Origin: an uncultured Chloroflexia bacterium
Lineage (GTDB): Bacteria > Chloroflexota > Limnocylindria > Limnocylindrales > CSP1-4
Length of the DNA: 64,000 nt
Direction of reading: 5' to 3'
Assembly (NCBI GenBank): GCA_963712745.1
Contig: CAVQJC010000005.1
Location: forward strand, 128,001 to 192,000
The notes under the pieces are model-generated. The model saw nothing but the letters and a program-made list of their open reading frames with translations, ran no database searches and was not told where the DNA came from. The position numbers and the translations under genes were made by a program. Numbering within the stretch: the first letter of the stretch is position 1; the number at the start of each line of letters is the position of its first letter. Shown piece after piece: positions 32,535-42,603 of the stretch.

Positions 32535-34970
32535 TCAGTCGGGCAGGATCGAGAGCAGCATGACCGGGCCGGGCTCCTGGTCGCCGTTGAGCACCAGGAA
32601 GTCGGTGCGACCGTTCCTGTCGAAGTCGATGGCCAGGACGTCGTCGGCGTCGCCCTCGGAGGTCTGGGGGATCTTCATGGGCTTGAACTTCCTGCCGTTC
32701 TGCTTGTTGAGGAGCAGGAAGTCCCGCTTGTTGACGCCGTTCCCGCCGCGCTGGACGTAGATGTCTGCCCGCTTGTCCTTGTTCACGTCCCCGACCGCGA
32801 CCGCGACCGCGTCGCTCGTGCTGGCTTGGTAGATGACCTTGAAGCCCGCGTCGGTCTGCTTGCTCACGCGCAATCGGGTCGGGGTCAACTGGATGAGGTC
32901 GGGCCGCTTGTCGCCGGTCACATCTGCGACGGCCACATCGATGTCCCCGATGCTCTTGATGCCCCGCTTGACCGTGCGGTCCACCAGGCGTCCCCCGTCG
33001 TTGCGATAGAGGCGGATACCCCTGCTGCGCCCATCGAGCGGCTCGGTCACGCAGTTGATGAGGTCCTCGTCGCCATCGCGATCGATGTCCCCCGACCACA
33101 GGCAACGACCGCCGACGGCCCTGTCCAGGCCCACTTGCGGCGCCGGGATGAAGCGGCCGCCCACGTTGCGGTAGAAGCGATTGCCGCGGGGCAGCCCATC
33201 GACGCGGCGGTTGGCGTTGGTGATATAGAGGTCGTCATCGCCATCGTCGTCGTAGTCGATGAAGGTGACCTGCCGACCCCGACCGAGCGGGTCGACCGCG
33301 CCGGCCGAGCCCCTGGCCACCGACGGTGCCGGGCCCGCCACGTTCATCGACAGCTCGTGGCGACCGGTGGCGGTGCCGTGCACCCTGCCGACGGTGCAGA
33401 AGACATCGGCCAGGCCATTCTTGTCGATATCCGCGGCATCACAGCCGTGCCGGTCGACCCCGGTGAACGCGGCACCGGGGCCTCGCGCCAGACCCGAGGC
33501 ACTGGCCAGCCACAGCTGCGGCAGGCCGAGGTGACGGGAGATCAGGATGTCACGCCAGCCGTTGCCGTCGAAGTCATGGACCAGGCCGCCCCAGGTGCTC
33601 GTCCTGGCAGGCAGGCCGAAGCCAGAGGCCACGTCCTTGACGCGCCACCCGGTGGGCGCCTTGGGGGCTCCGAAGCCCGGCGGCTTGGCGCCCGCGGGCT
33701 CGACCGTGCGGGCTTCCTGCTCCGCCACATCCTCGGGGTGGTCGGCATCGAGCCCCGCATCGCGGCGCTGCTTGACCCGGCTGACCGATACCTTGCGCTT
33801 GCTGCCCGAGAGCTCGACCAGGCAGGACTCCATGGCGAAGGTGGTGGAGCCGACCGAGCCGCCGGCCACCACGCTCTCTGGCCCGGCCGCCAGGGAGCGC
33901 AGCTCGGACGGCAGCCCGGATGGCGTGTCGAGCACGCGGAACTGCCAGGTTCCGCCGCTGCGGGTAGCTGTGAACCCGCGCACCTCGCGATCGCCGGCCG
34001 CGAGCTGGGCACCGGCGAGGTGGATGGTGCCCTCATCGTCGGTCGCGACGGCGCGAGCGATGAGGCTCCGCCCGTCGGCGAAGGGCACGTCCACGTTGCT
34101 CCACCGTTGGCCATCCCACTTCATGAGCAGGGGCAGGTAGCGGCCGCTGCCCTTGGGCAGGTGGTACCCGGTGGCCCAGCCGCGGTCGTCGGCGTCGAAG
34201 TGGACATCGGTCAGGACGGCCTCGCCGGCCCCCACCGCGCCGGGCGTGACCTGCTTCCAGCCGCTCGCGGTGCGACGCGCGATGTAGGGTCGCATCCACT
34301 TGCCGCTGCGCTGCCACCAGCCCACGGCCCAGACCGAGCCGGTGGCTGTGGCGTCGACCGCGGTCAGGGCCAATTCGCCGCTGGTCGGCGGGTCCAGGCG
34401 CTTCCAGCCCCCGCCGCGCTTGCGAAGCGCGGTGGCGCGCAGACGGCTCCCGTCGTTGCGCGCCCCAACGGCCCAGGTCCCGCCCTTGGTGTCCGCCGTG
34501 TCGGTCAGCGTGGAGCTGCCTCCGTGGAGCTTGTCCGAGACCATCGAGCCAGCGACGACCTTGGCGGTGGTGCCCACGACCGGGCTGTTGCGGTAGCCGC
34601 TGACGGCCAGCGTGCCGTCGGCGATGGGAGCACCGCCGGTGAACCCGGCTGCGTAGACGCGTGGCACGGCGACCCGCGCCCAGGCGCCCGAGTCCTTCCG
34701 GAAGACGAGCGGGCCCTTCTGGTGGTTGCCACCGAGCAGCCAGCGCGGGCCCCGGTCATCGGGCACGACGGCCAGGATGAAATCGGCGCCCGACTCGATG
34801 GGGAGCTTGATCTCCCGCCAGCCGTCCTGGCACTCGGCGGTCGCCGCGCTCGCGATCGAGGAGCCGAGCGGCAGCGGTAGCGACATCGGCCAGTCGATGG
34901 GCGATGCCGCCACCATCACCGCGAAGGCGGTTGCGATGGCAAGCGCGCGCGGTGAGGCGTATCGGTGCAA
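32535..34970 (-). CDS. Secreted beta-propeller + FG-GAP/VCBS repeat protein (intact paralog of 13123-15601)
   Basis: Signal peptide; LTAVDA..WAVG blades; DFDGNG, DIDKNG, DVTGDKRPD, DFDRNGRTDF repeats. Confidence 0.87.
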   Translation of the reverse strand: MHRYASPRALAIATAFAVMVAASPIDWPMSLPLPLGSSIASAATAECQDGWREIKLPIESGADFILAVVPDDRGPRWLLGGNHQKGPLVFRKDSGAWARVAVPRVYAAGFTGGAPIADGTLAVSGYRNSPVVGTTAKVVAGSMVSDKLHGGSSTLTDTADTKGGTWAVGARNDGSRLRATALRKRGGGWKRLDPPTSGELALTAVDATATGSVWAVGWWQRSGKWMRPYIARRTASGWKQVTPGAVGAGEAVLTDVHFDADDRGWATGYHLPKGSGRYLPLLMKWDGQRWSNVDVPFADGRSLIARAVATDDEGTIHLAGAQLAAGDREVRGFTATRSGGTWQFRVLDTPSGLPSELRSLAAGPESVVAGGSVGSTTFAMESCLVELSGSKRKVSVSRVKQRRDAGLDADHPEDVAEQEARTVEPAGAKPPGFGAPKAPTGWRVKDVASGFGLPARTSTWGGLVHDFDGNGWRDILISRHLGLPQLWLASASGLARGPGAAFTGVDRHGCDAADIDKNGLADVFCTVGRVHGTATGRHELSMNVAGPAPSVARGSAGAVDPLGRGRQVTFIDYDDDGDDDLYITNANRRVDGLPRGNRFYRNVGGRFIPAPQVGLDRAVGGRCLWSGDIDRDGDEDLINCVTEPLDGRSRGIRLYRNDGGRLVDRTVKRGIKSIGDIDVAVADVTGDKRPDLIQLTPTRLRVSKQTDAGFKVIYQASTSDAVAVAVGDVNKDKRADIYVQRGGNGVNKRDFLLLNKQNGRKFKPMKIPQTSEGDADDVLAIDFDRNGRTDFLVLNGDQEPGPVMLLSILPD

Positions 34971-35120
34971 CGGGCGGGTCTCCCTCCTTGCGCGACGAGG
35001 CGCTCTGCATCCAACCTAGCACGCTCACCGGGAGTGCGGCGGCCGGCGCCCCGACAGTGGGGTGGCAACGCACCGAGAGTGCGGCAACGCACCGGGACGC
35101 CCGCTCGGCGCAGGCCGATG

Positions 35121-35888
35121 CTACGGGAGCGCGCGGATCATGCCGCCGTCGACGGGCACGATGGCGCCGGTGACGTAGGACGCGGCCGGTGAGAGCAGGA
35201 AGGCTGCCACCCGTCCGATCTCGGCGGGGTCGCCGTATCGACCCAGCGGGATCCTGGCTTCTGTCTGACGCTGGACCTCCTCGACGGTAACGTCGTCGGT
35301 CTCCGCCCGGCTGGTGTCCAGCTGGCGCACCCGGGCGGTCGCGAAGCGGCCCGGCGCCACCCCGTTGACGCGGATCGGCGCGATCTCGCTGGTGAGGCTC
35401 TTGATGAGGCCGGCCAGGCCCGGCCGGAGCACGTTGCTGGTGGTCAGCCCCGGGATGGGCTCGCGCACACTGGAGCTGAGGTTGATGACGATGGCGGGGG
35501 CATCCCCCTCGCGCAGGTGAGGCAGCGCGGCACGGATGAGTCGGAGCGTCGACTGCAGCGTGCCGGCAATGGCACGGGCCCACTCGTCCTCACCGAGAGA
35601 CTCGAACGTGCCGGCGGGCGGGCCACCGGAGTTGACCACGAGCAGGTCCAGGCCGCCGAGCTGGGCCACGGCGTCCGCGACTGCTGCAGCCGGGCCGTCA
35701 GGCGTGGACAGGTCGGCCACGACCGACCCTGCGCCGAGTTCGGTGGCCCGCGACTCGAGCGTCTCCGCGGTCCGCCCGGCAAGGACGAGTCGAGCGCCTT
35801 CCGCCGCCAGCACGCCGGCGATGCCAGCACCGATGCCGGAGCTGCCGCCTCCCACGAGTCCACGCTTGCCACTCAGCCCCAGGTCCAC
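35121..35888 (-). CDS. SDR family oxidoreductase
   Basis: MDLGLSGKRGLVGGGSSGIG, VVNSGGPP, SNVLRPGLAG, VNGVAPG, SYVTG..VPVDGG. Confidence 0.93.
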   Translation of the reverse strand: MDLGLSGKRGLVGGGSSGIGAGIAGVLAAEGARLVLAGRTAETLESRATELGAGSVVADLSTPDGPAAAVADAVAQLGGLDLLVVNSGGPPAGTFESLGEDEWARAIAGTLQSTLRLIRAALPHLREGDAPAIVINLSSSVREPIPGLTTSNVLRPGLAGLIKSLTSEIAPIRVNGVAPGRFATARVRQLDTSRAETDDVTVEEVQRQTEARIPLGRYGDPAEIGRVAAFLLSPAASYVTGAIVPVDGGMIRALP

Positions 35889-36250
35889 GTTGCCACTCCC
35901 CTGCTCGATGCGGTGTCAGGAGCCAGAGTAGCGGCTGCCCCGGTCAGGCCGAAGAAGGACCCGATGCCGCCTCGAATCACGACCATGGCCGACCGGACCA
36001 GGCGGCGCCCGCGAACCATGAGCAGGCCCACGCCTGCGTACTTGGTCTCGCGACGGATGCGCGTCGATTCGTCGAGACCCAGCTCGGGTCGAACGCCAAG
36101 CAACGAAGAGCTGGCGACCTCCATCAGTCGCGTGATCGTCCAGAACCAGCTACGGGCGCGCCGGAAGCCGCGCAGGCCGCGGTGGAAGTCTCCGCTTGGC
36201 GAGTGGGCCAATGCCTCATCAGGTGGCAGCCGGTCTTGCGTAGTCCACGG
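35873..36250 (-). other. Possible degraded small membrane-protein gene at the island boundary
   Basis: Interrupted hydrophobic segments (KYAGVGLLMV..MVVI.GGIGSFFGL); no clear start or family. Confidence 0.25.
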
Positions 36251-36355
36251 GGCTAGACTCGGTGAGACACGAAGCGACGAGGCTGGACGAGGTCCCGGAC
36301 ATCGCCGACAACATCGGCCAGGACGGGGGCTCTTCGATGGAGGTTGGTCGATCAG

Positions 36356-37006
36356 ATGCGTGGAAGAAGCGTGGCGCTCACGTTCGATGCCGAGTCAGGC
36401 GCTAACCGACCCACGCACAGCGTGCGAGAGCGAGGATGGGCGGCAATCCTCGACACGTTGAGTCAGGCCGGCGTCCCCGCGACTTTCTTCCTTCAGGTGG
36501 ACTGGGCATGTCAGCACCCTGGACTTGCCCGACGCACCGCGGCAGAAGGGCATCTCATCGGGAACCACACGCTCAACCACCTCCCACTCGGAGACCAGCC
36601 CGAGCACCTCACCGATCAGATCGAGACAGCAGCCGCGATCATCCGGGACTTGCTCCCCGGCGTGGACTCGCACCCTTGGTTCCGGCTTCCCTACTTCAAC
36701 GGCCGCAGGTCTACCCCTGTCCGTCAGGCGATCGCGGCGCTCGGATGGGAGCACATCGGCTGCAATTGCGACGCCTCCGACTGGGACCCTGCTACCTCTA
36801 CCCCAGACAAGGCCGTCGCGAACGTTCTTGCCGACTACGCGAATCTCGGGCCCGGACCGGAGGTCCCGGCGGTGGTGATGTTCCATACTTGGCCGCACCC
36901 GACCCCTGCCGCCGTCGCCGCCTTGATCTCCACGCTACGCGAAGAAGGCGCGGTGTTCGTCAGGATCGATGAGCTAGCGGAGGAACAACGCGCTCAGGTC
37001 TACTGA
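36356..37006 (+). CDS. Polysaccharide deacetylase (NodB/CE4)
   Basis: VALTFDA, ATFFL, GHLIGNHTLNH, WFRLPY, DASDW, VVMFH. Confidence 0.9.
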   Translation: MRGRSVALTFDAESGANRPTHSVRERGWAAILDTLSQAGVPATFFLQVDWACQHPGLARRTAAEGHLIGNHTLNHLPLGDQPEHLTDQIETAAAIIRDLLPGVDSHPWFRLPYFNGRRSTPVRQAIAALGWEHIGCNCDASDWDPATSTPDKAVANVLADYANLGPGPEVPAVVMFHTWPHPTPAAVAALISTLREEGAVFVRIDELAEEQRAQVY

Positions 37007-37049
37007 CATGGACCGCTTGCTCGAGCGGCAGAGCTACTTCCGCCGGACG

Positions 37050-38072
37050 TCATGAAAGACCGCTGAGTACGAGTTCAAGGTGTCCCGGGTCAACAGCTAC
37101 CGCGTCTCCGAAGGGATAGCCGTCATACGCGTACTCGTATACCAGCATCGAGTACCGATGCTTCATCAGTCTGCACAAAGCGATCGCAGAAGGGCTGATG
37201 AACCGAGGGGAGAAGCACTCGATGACCGACCCGCCTGACGGCATGAACAGCGTGTGCACGAAGGCAGCCCCGTGCGTTCCCGCAAGTGCGGTCGCGCCAG
37301 AAGTGAGACCGATCTGCTGCTCGAACGGGAGCGCCGCGAGATCGATGATCTGGAAGCCATGCCGTTCCAGGATTTCGGCTATTTCGTCGCGGTTCGCCAG
37401 GAGCCTCCCGGCGCTCGTGGACGCCTGGCGATCCATCCAGATCCGTTTCGGGCCGCCATCAGCTACGGAACCGGACTTCTCCAGCATGTGTGATCGGAGG
37501 GCACGAAACGTGTCCGGATGCTCCAGCGCACGCCTCCCGGCGAAGGCCGGGCCGTAGGAAACGCTGTGATAGCGAGTGGGCAGGTTCATGGGATCGACGA
37601 TCCGCTCGCGAGAGATGCCCAGCATGGCCAAGGACGGATAGGCGAATGGCGGAGGGTCATTGACCACGTAGCACCCTTCGAACCCCGATTGCTCCATCAC
37701 ATACGCGCGCGTCAGGCTCTCGGTGACCCAGATGAAGAAGTTCGTGTGCCAGAGGTTCGAGAGGATGCAGACGTCTCGGTCATCCACCACCGTCTCGAAT
37801 GGGATCTTGAAGGGCTCGGCCATGCCGAAGAAGTCGTGCTTCAGCAGATACTCGAGACTCCAGGAGTAGGTCACGTTCTCCAGCGGAACCTCGTGATCCC
37901 CGACCAGATGCATCCCCAGATCCGGGAGATAGAGCACGTCCGACGCGCGGCCTACTCGGATCCGGTCGTGGCCGACACGGAGCTCTGTGACCCCGTTGAC
38001 AGGCTCCAATTCGCGGCCATCGAAGATAGAAACGCTCTCGAGCGCGTCGAACCTCACGGTGCTGGTGGGCAT
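37050..38072 (-). CDS. Glycosyltransferase family 61 (DUF563)
   Basis: NFFIWVTE, RIWMDR, RLLANRDE, LPFEQQI, GTHGAAF.HTLFM. Confidence 0.85.
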   Translation of the reverse strand: MPTSTVRFDALESVSIFDGRELEPVNGVTELRVGHDRIRVGRASDVLYLPDLGMHLVGDHEVPLENVTYSWSLEYLLKHDFFGMAEPFKIPFETVVDDRDVCILSNLWHTNFFIWVTESLTRAYVMEQSGFEGCYVVNDPPPFAYPSLAMLGISRERIVDPMNLPTRYHSVSYGPAFAGRRALEHPDTFRALRSHMLEKSGSVADGGPKRIWMDRQASTSAGRLLANRDEIAEILERHGFQIIDLAALPFEQQIGLTSGATALAGTHGAAFVHTLFMPSGGSVIECFSPRFISPSAIALCRLMKHRYSMLVYEYAYDGYPFGDAVAVDPGHLELVLSGLS

Positions 38073-38276
38073 GTAGGTCGCTCCGAAGGAGTAGCGGGAG
38101 TTACGCGTGGTAGCGGCCCAGGGGCCTGCTCCGTCTCGAGAACGTTCGCGACGAGACAGGTCGCACGAAGCGATCAGTAGGATAGCGCTACGAGAGTCCC
38201 ACGTTGCCTGGTGCTGGCGATAGCGCTGTACCGTCAGCCAGCAGCGGTCGAGTCAGGCGGCTTGCCGTGCATCCGC

Positions 38277-38963
38277 CTAGCCTGTGGAATCAGTCCGGGA
38301 AACCGCGCGGGGGCCCCGCGACCAGTCCTTGGGCTGCGCCTCAAGGTAGGGCTCGCCCTCGAAGTCGGGCAGGAACCTGGTGTCGATCTCCTTCACGAAC
38401 GCACGCAGCTTGGACTCGTCCCGGATAGGGCGGAAGCCGGGTTGGTGGCTCAGCAACTCGACAAGTTCCCGCAGCGAGTACAAGTGGACATCGTCGATCA
38501 GCAACACGCCACCCTGGCGCAACAACGCGTTCAGGTAGCAGAAGTCGACGAATACCGTGGGCCAGCCCCGGCCGCCATCCATAAGCGCGACGTCGAATCT
38601 CCGGTGCAGCAGGTTGGGCAGGGAAAGCTCAGAGCGCGCACCGATGAACTGCCATCGCCCAAGGTCTAGCCCGCGCTGATCGATCTGGTCGGCGATGCGT
38701 GACCCCAGCGCCAAGTCCGGCGAGACGGATACTACGTGCCAACCCATCTCGAGGAATCCCAGCGTCGTGAGTCCCGCCCCGGTCTCGATGACAGTGACCT
38801 CATTGCGGCCGACCATCCGCGATACGAGGTCGAGCATCGGCCCGAGAAGGTCCTGACATCCACCGGGATAGGTGTGGCCATCCATTCCGCCATGCAGGAA
38901 CGGGGGATCCGTGAGCAGCGCCACGACACGCTCCGGTAGATCCGCTGCCTCCTTCAGGTTCAC
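38277..38963 (-). CDS. Class I SAM methyltransferase (Methyltransf_24-like)
   Basis: VIETGAGLTT, DVALMDGGRGWP, LRQGGVLLIDD. Confidence 0.85.
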   Translation of the reverse strand: MNLKEAADLPERVVALLTDPPFLHGGMDGHTYPGGCQDLLGPMLDLVSRMVGRNEVTVIETGAGLTTLGFLEMGWHVVSVSPDLALGSRIADQIDQRGLDLGRWQFIGARSELSLPNLLHRRFDVALMDGGRGWPTVFVDFCYLNALLRQGGVLLIDDVHLYSLRELVELLSHQPGFRPIRDESKLRAFVKEIDTRFLPDFEGEPYLEAQPKDWSRGPRAVSRTDSTG

Positions 38964-40864
38964 CGATCGCCCTCCACGGTGGACGGGGTCGCGTCGAACC
39001 CGGCGCCATGCTCTCTGATCAGGCCCAACTCTGCCAACTGCGAGGTCCCCTCGTATCTCTGGGACCCCTCGTGGTACGCGGACACGGCTGGATCAGACCT
39101 CAGCACGTCCCAGTAGACCGCATACTCGGAGGCATCTTGCCAGTGCTGCTTCCTGCTGACCTCCTCCTGCGCGCGCTGGTACAGGTCGGCCATCAGCTTG
39201 AAGTGGAGCAGAACCCCCGTGGTGGGTGCCTGTACGACCCCAGGTTGATTGTGGATGGACTCGATAGAGAGGCCTTTCCGCCACCTGATCAACGGGAATT
39301 TGGTCAGCCACGGTGACGTTGCCGCTGGAGCCCGGCCCCTCCAGAATAGGCGAAACCTTGGACCGCCACGGCTTGGCACTCCCCATCCGTCACGCATCCA
39401 ATAGGTGTCCGCGTCGAAGAAGGGGGCCGCCGCGATGAGAGGTTGCCCCCTCTGGTAGGCCGTGTCACGGATGGGGCGATCGGCGTACATGTCCAGCATG
39501 AACGATCTCACCGTCTCCGCGCCGACCCGATCGAAGCGCGCAGTCAGGGTCTGCAAGTCGAGGTTCTCCGAGTCCGGGTACGTGAAGAGCTCGTCCGCAT
39601 CCAGGATCAGCGCCCAGTGTCCCAGAGCATGGGTGTCCAAGATCTCGTTGATCCACGCGACGCCGTAGCGAGCCGCTGCGTAGCTTTGGTCGGTGGTGAA
39701 GACATGGACGTCCGGCTGGCCAAGGAGGAAGGCGGTGGAACCATCCGTGGAGCCGTTGTCCACGATGAAGAAGCGCTCCACGCCGAGCTCACGGTGATGG
39801 TCCAGGAAATGCGGCAGGCGCAGGTTCTCGTTCCTGACGCAAGCGACACCGAGGATCGCAGCCGGGTGGGGAGCCGTGGGAGGCCCCCCGACGAAACGCA
39901 ACTCCGATCGGGTACGGATCACACCCGGCGTCGGTCGAGCGGCTGGATCACCCGCGAGGGCTCCCAGCAGGCTATCCCTGAGCTCGTGGACCCGCGACCG
40001 GGCGGCGTCAGCACGTGCCCGTGCTTCGCCCCGCGCCCCAGGTGACCGACACCAGTCGAACGCCTCCTGGAGATCGGCGTCGTTCAGCGACGCGGCGTTG
40101 AGCAGGATGGGCCACCCAAGTACCTCTGCCTGGCGTGTGATCTTGGCACCACCAGCTATGGGGTCGACCGCGATGACCGGGACTCCGTTCTTGAGCGCGA
40201 GCACCATCCCGTGCAGTCGCGTAGAGATGACGAGGTCCATCCGCGCGATGACCAATTCGACCTCCGCAGCGGAACGGAGCCCTGAGTCATTCCGGTCCAG
40301 GCGCGTGTCTATCTTCACCACTGCCATCTGTCGGGCCTGGACGAGGCGCTCGATCGCCGCGTTTGCCCATTCGTGTCGCGCTCGATCACCGTACTCGAGC
40401 TGCGGCTCTACGAGCACCAATCCGACTACCGGCACCTTGGGTTGTCCGCTGACGATGGAGATATCCGGGTCGGCGTTGAAGTCACTGTCCCGCTCCAGCA
40501 AGACGTCGAACGGGTTCCAGAATCCGAGCGGCTTCATCATGGTCAGGTTGATGCCGATCTTCTGGCAGTCCCCAAACCTCTCCAGCACGTCGAGGGCGTC
40601 CGCATTGTCGGAGAAGGGACCGCAGACGAAGACCAGGTCTGAATAGTCCGACGGAACTACCGACTGCCAGTCAACCCCTCCGTCGAACGGCTCCGCAAGT
40701 GCCACATCGAACGAGTAGCCAGCGTCTGACAGCCACTGGCAGACCACGTCCTTGGCCATGAGATCGCCAGCCGTCGCGCCGCGGTATGCATAGCTGAACC
40801 AACCGACGACGAGCACGCGCGAACCCGTCGCGTCTCCGGGTGTGTCGGGTCCGCCCGCGTTCAA
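38960..40864 (-). CDS. Fusion of a polysaccharide pyruvyl-transferase-like domain and a GT2-like (Glyco_tranf_2_4) domain
   Basis: ATAGDLMA, VISTRLHGMVLALKNGVP; then VRNE..LPHFLDHH..LGV, VDNGSTDG, LDADE, LLHFK; TTGA overlap with the upstream stop (alternative ATG 40960). Confidence 0.82.
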   Translation of the reverse strand: MNAGGPDTPGDATGSRVLVVGWFSYAYRGATAGDLMAKDVVCQWLSDAGYSFDVALAEPFDGGVDWQSVVPSDYSDLVFVCGPFSDNADALDVLERFGDCQKIGINLTMMKPLGFWNPFDVLLERDSDFNADPDISIVSGQPKVPVVGLVLVEPQLEYGDRARHEWANAAIERLVQARQMAVVKIDTRLDRNDSGLRSAAEVELVIARMDLVISTRLHGMVLALKNGVPVIAVDPIAGGAKITRQAEVLGWPILLNAASLNDADLQEAFDWCRSPGARGEARARADAARSRVHELRDSLLGALAGDPAARPTPGVIRTRSELRFVGGPPTAPHPAAILGVACVRNENLRLPHFLDHHRELGVERFFIVDNGSTDGSTAFLLGQPDVHVFTTDQSYAAARYGVAWINEILDTHALGHWALILDADELFTYPDSENLDLQTLTARFDRVGAETVRSFMLDMYADRPIRDTAYQRGQPLIAAAPFFDADTYWMRDGWGVPSRGGPRFRLFWRGRAPAATSPWLTKFPLIRWRKGLSIESIHNQPGVVQAPTTGVLLHFKLMADLYQRAQEEVSRKQHWQDASEYAVYWDVLRSDPAVSAYHEGSQRYEGTSQLAELGLIREHGAGFDATPSTVEGDR

Positions 40865-42603
40865 CCCATCACCATCGATAGGAACTCCGGGAGCTGATCC
40901 AGGTCCACGGAGTAGTCCGAGCGGCCAGGAAGGTCGCTCCTGCGGTGCGTCGTTGGGCATGGCAGGACGACGACCCGGTGCCCCAGCACTCGCGATACCT
41001 CGGCGTACCAGTCGCCGTTCTGGATCGGCGTGAGGTGACCGTCGTCGTCCACTGGAACACCGGGGGTGAGGTAGCCGACACGCGCGCCTCGGCGAGCAAA
41101 GAGCGTAAGCAGAAGTGCTGAACCGTCCGGGCCTATGATGACGTCTGCAGCGCGTATCGCCCCGAGCTGCTCGGCGAAGGTCAACGTCTCTGGGGCAACG
41201 ATCGTGAAGCCGCGCTCTTCGAACCACGCCTCCACCTGCAGCTGGTTGCCGAGATGCCGCCACTGGCTGGCAGCTCCGCGCGCGAGGTACAGCAGCCGCG
41301 GCCCCACCTGCGGCACAGCCCGTCCGGCTCGAGCGAACGCGTCCGTGTAGACACCGGCGAATGTCTCCGCGTCCACCGCAAGTCCATCGCTCAGATACTT
41401 GCCTCCATGGATGACGCCTGACGGGATGTGCACCGGCATGGATGCAGTCCACAATCGATGGACCAACACACGTTCGCCGACATCCAGCGTCACGATCTGC
41501 CGAGATGCTCCCGCGAACATCTCGACGGCTTGTCGGTGCTGGGGAGGCATGACTCGGTCGACGAGTATCGGGATGGCAGCGAAGCTGGGATCAGGAAGCC
41601 AGGCGAGCAGCCGAGGGAGGAACTGGAGCATCCAGTCGCCGAACGCGTGCGTGTGGAGTCCCACCAACGGCATCGCCGATGCCACTGCCCGCATCCCATC
41701 TGGCGACAACGACGGCATCAAGACCGTGTCGTCGGTGGCAGCGAGAACCATCGGATCCACATCCAGACGGACCGGCACCTCCTTCAACTCCTGCCGCGTG
41801 ACATCGAGCAAGGCCTCTGATCCGCAGACGATGAAGTCGGACTTGCCGGCCACGACGCCATCGCCGAGGACCGTGGCGAAGAATGAGCGGGTAACGCGTG
41901 GGCGAGCCGGCGGACGGTGACCTGTCACCATCAGGGGCGGCCGCACTCGCACAGTACGGGTTCCGGACAACTCACGGAATGGCAGGGCGTGCTCGCGCAA
42001 GTACTCGTCGAGTGGGCGCAGCGGACATGCCGTGACGGATGGTGGCACTCCGGCGTGTGAGGTCGCAGCTAGCGTCACGGCGGCGCCTTCCGGCCCCAGG
42101 CGCTCGGAAAGGCTCGCCTTCCACGCCTGGATCTCGTACGGCGCGGGGATGCCGGCATCATCTACTGACTTGATCTTGGCGGGCGCATACGCGAAACGCA
42201 GTGGTGGGGGAAGTCCCTTCAGGAACTCATCGAACGACCCTGGACGCATCGCGTCCAGCAGCGAATAGCAGACATACGCCCGATCGTGGGCGCCAGTAGA
42301 CAGGAAGTGGCGCCCAAGCGGGTGCAGGACGGCGGGAACAGTTACATGCAGGTCGTACGCAGCCTCGTGCAGCTTCGCCGAACCCGCCTCATCCCCCGCG
42401 GCCTCCAGTCGGCGAGCATCCACGACCAGTCGGAGGGCCTGGCGCACCGCGCCGCCTTTCGAACCCAGGCGGGCCAGCGAGCCCTCTGCGGCGTCCAGGT
42501 CGTCCGCCTCGAGCGCAGCCATCGCCTCATCCAGTCCGTTGACCACATCACGGATGGACGTGGCGAAGGCGCGGCCGTCGCACCCGTCAGCCATCGCGCT
42601 CAC
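40861..42603 (-). CDS. Glycosyltransferase family 61 with N-terminal TPR-like helices
   Basis: AFGDWMLQFLPRL, LYLARG, PETLTFAEQL, IIGPDGSAL. Confidence 0.82.
   Translation of the reverse strand: MSAMADGCDGRAFATSIRDVVNGLDEAMAALEADDLDAAEGSLARLGSKGGAVRQALRLVVDARRLEAAGDEAGSAKLHEAAYDLHVTVPAVLHPLGRHFLSTGAHDRAYVCYSLLDAMRPGSFDEFLKGLPPPLRFAYAPAKIKSVDDAGIPAPYEIQAWKASLSERLGPEGAAVTLAATSHAGVPPSVTACPLRPLDEYLREHALPFRELSGTRTVRVRPPLMVTGHRPPARPRVTRSFFATVLGDGVVAGKSDFIVCGSEALLDVTRQELKEVPVRLDVDPMVLAATDDTVLMPSLSPDGMRAVASAMPLVGLHTHAFGDWMLQFLPRLLAWLPDPSFAAIPILVDRVMPPQHRQAVEMFAGASRQIVTLDVGERVLVHRLWTASMPVHIPSGVIHGGKYLSDGLAVDAETFAGVYTDAFARAGRAVPQVGPRLLYLARGAASQWRHLGNQLQVEAWFEERGFTIVAPETLTFAEQLGAIRAADVIIGPDGSALLLTLFARRGARVGYLTPGVPVDDDGHLTPIQNGDWYAEVSRVLGHRVVVLPCPTTHRRSDLPGRSDYSVDLDQLPEFLSMVMG

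Noticed and set aside
35889-36355. Integration site (tRNA/att, integrase) at the glycan island boundary
   Set aside because: No tRNA fold, direct repeat or integrase recognised
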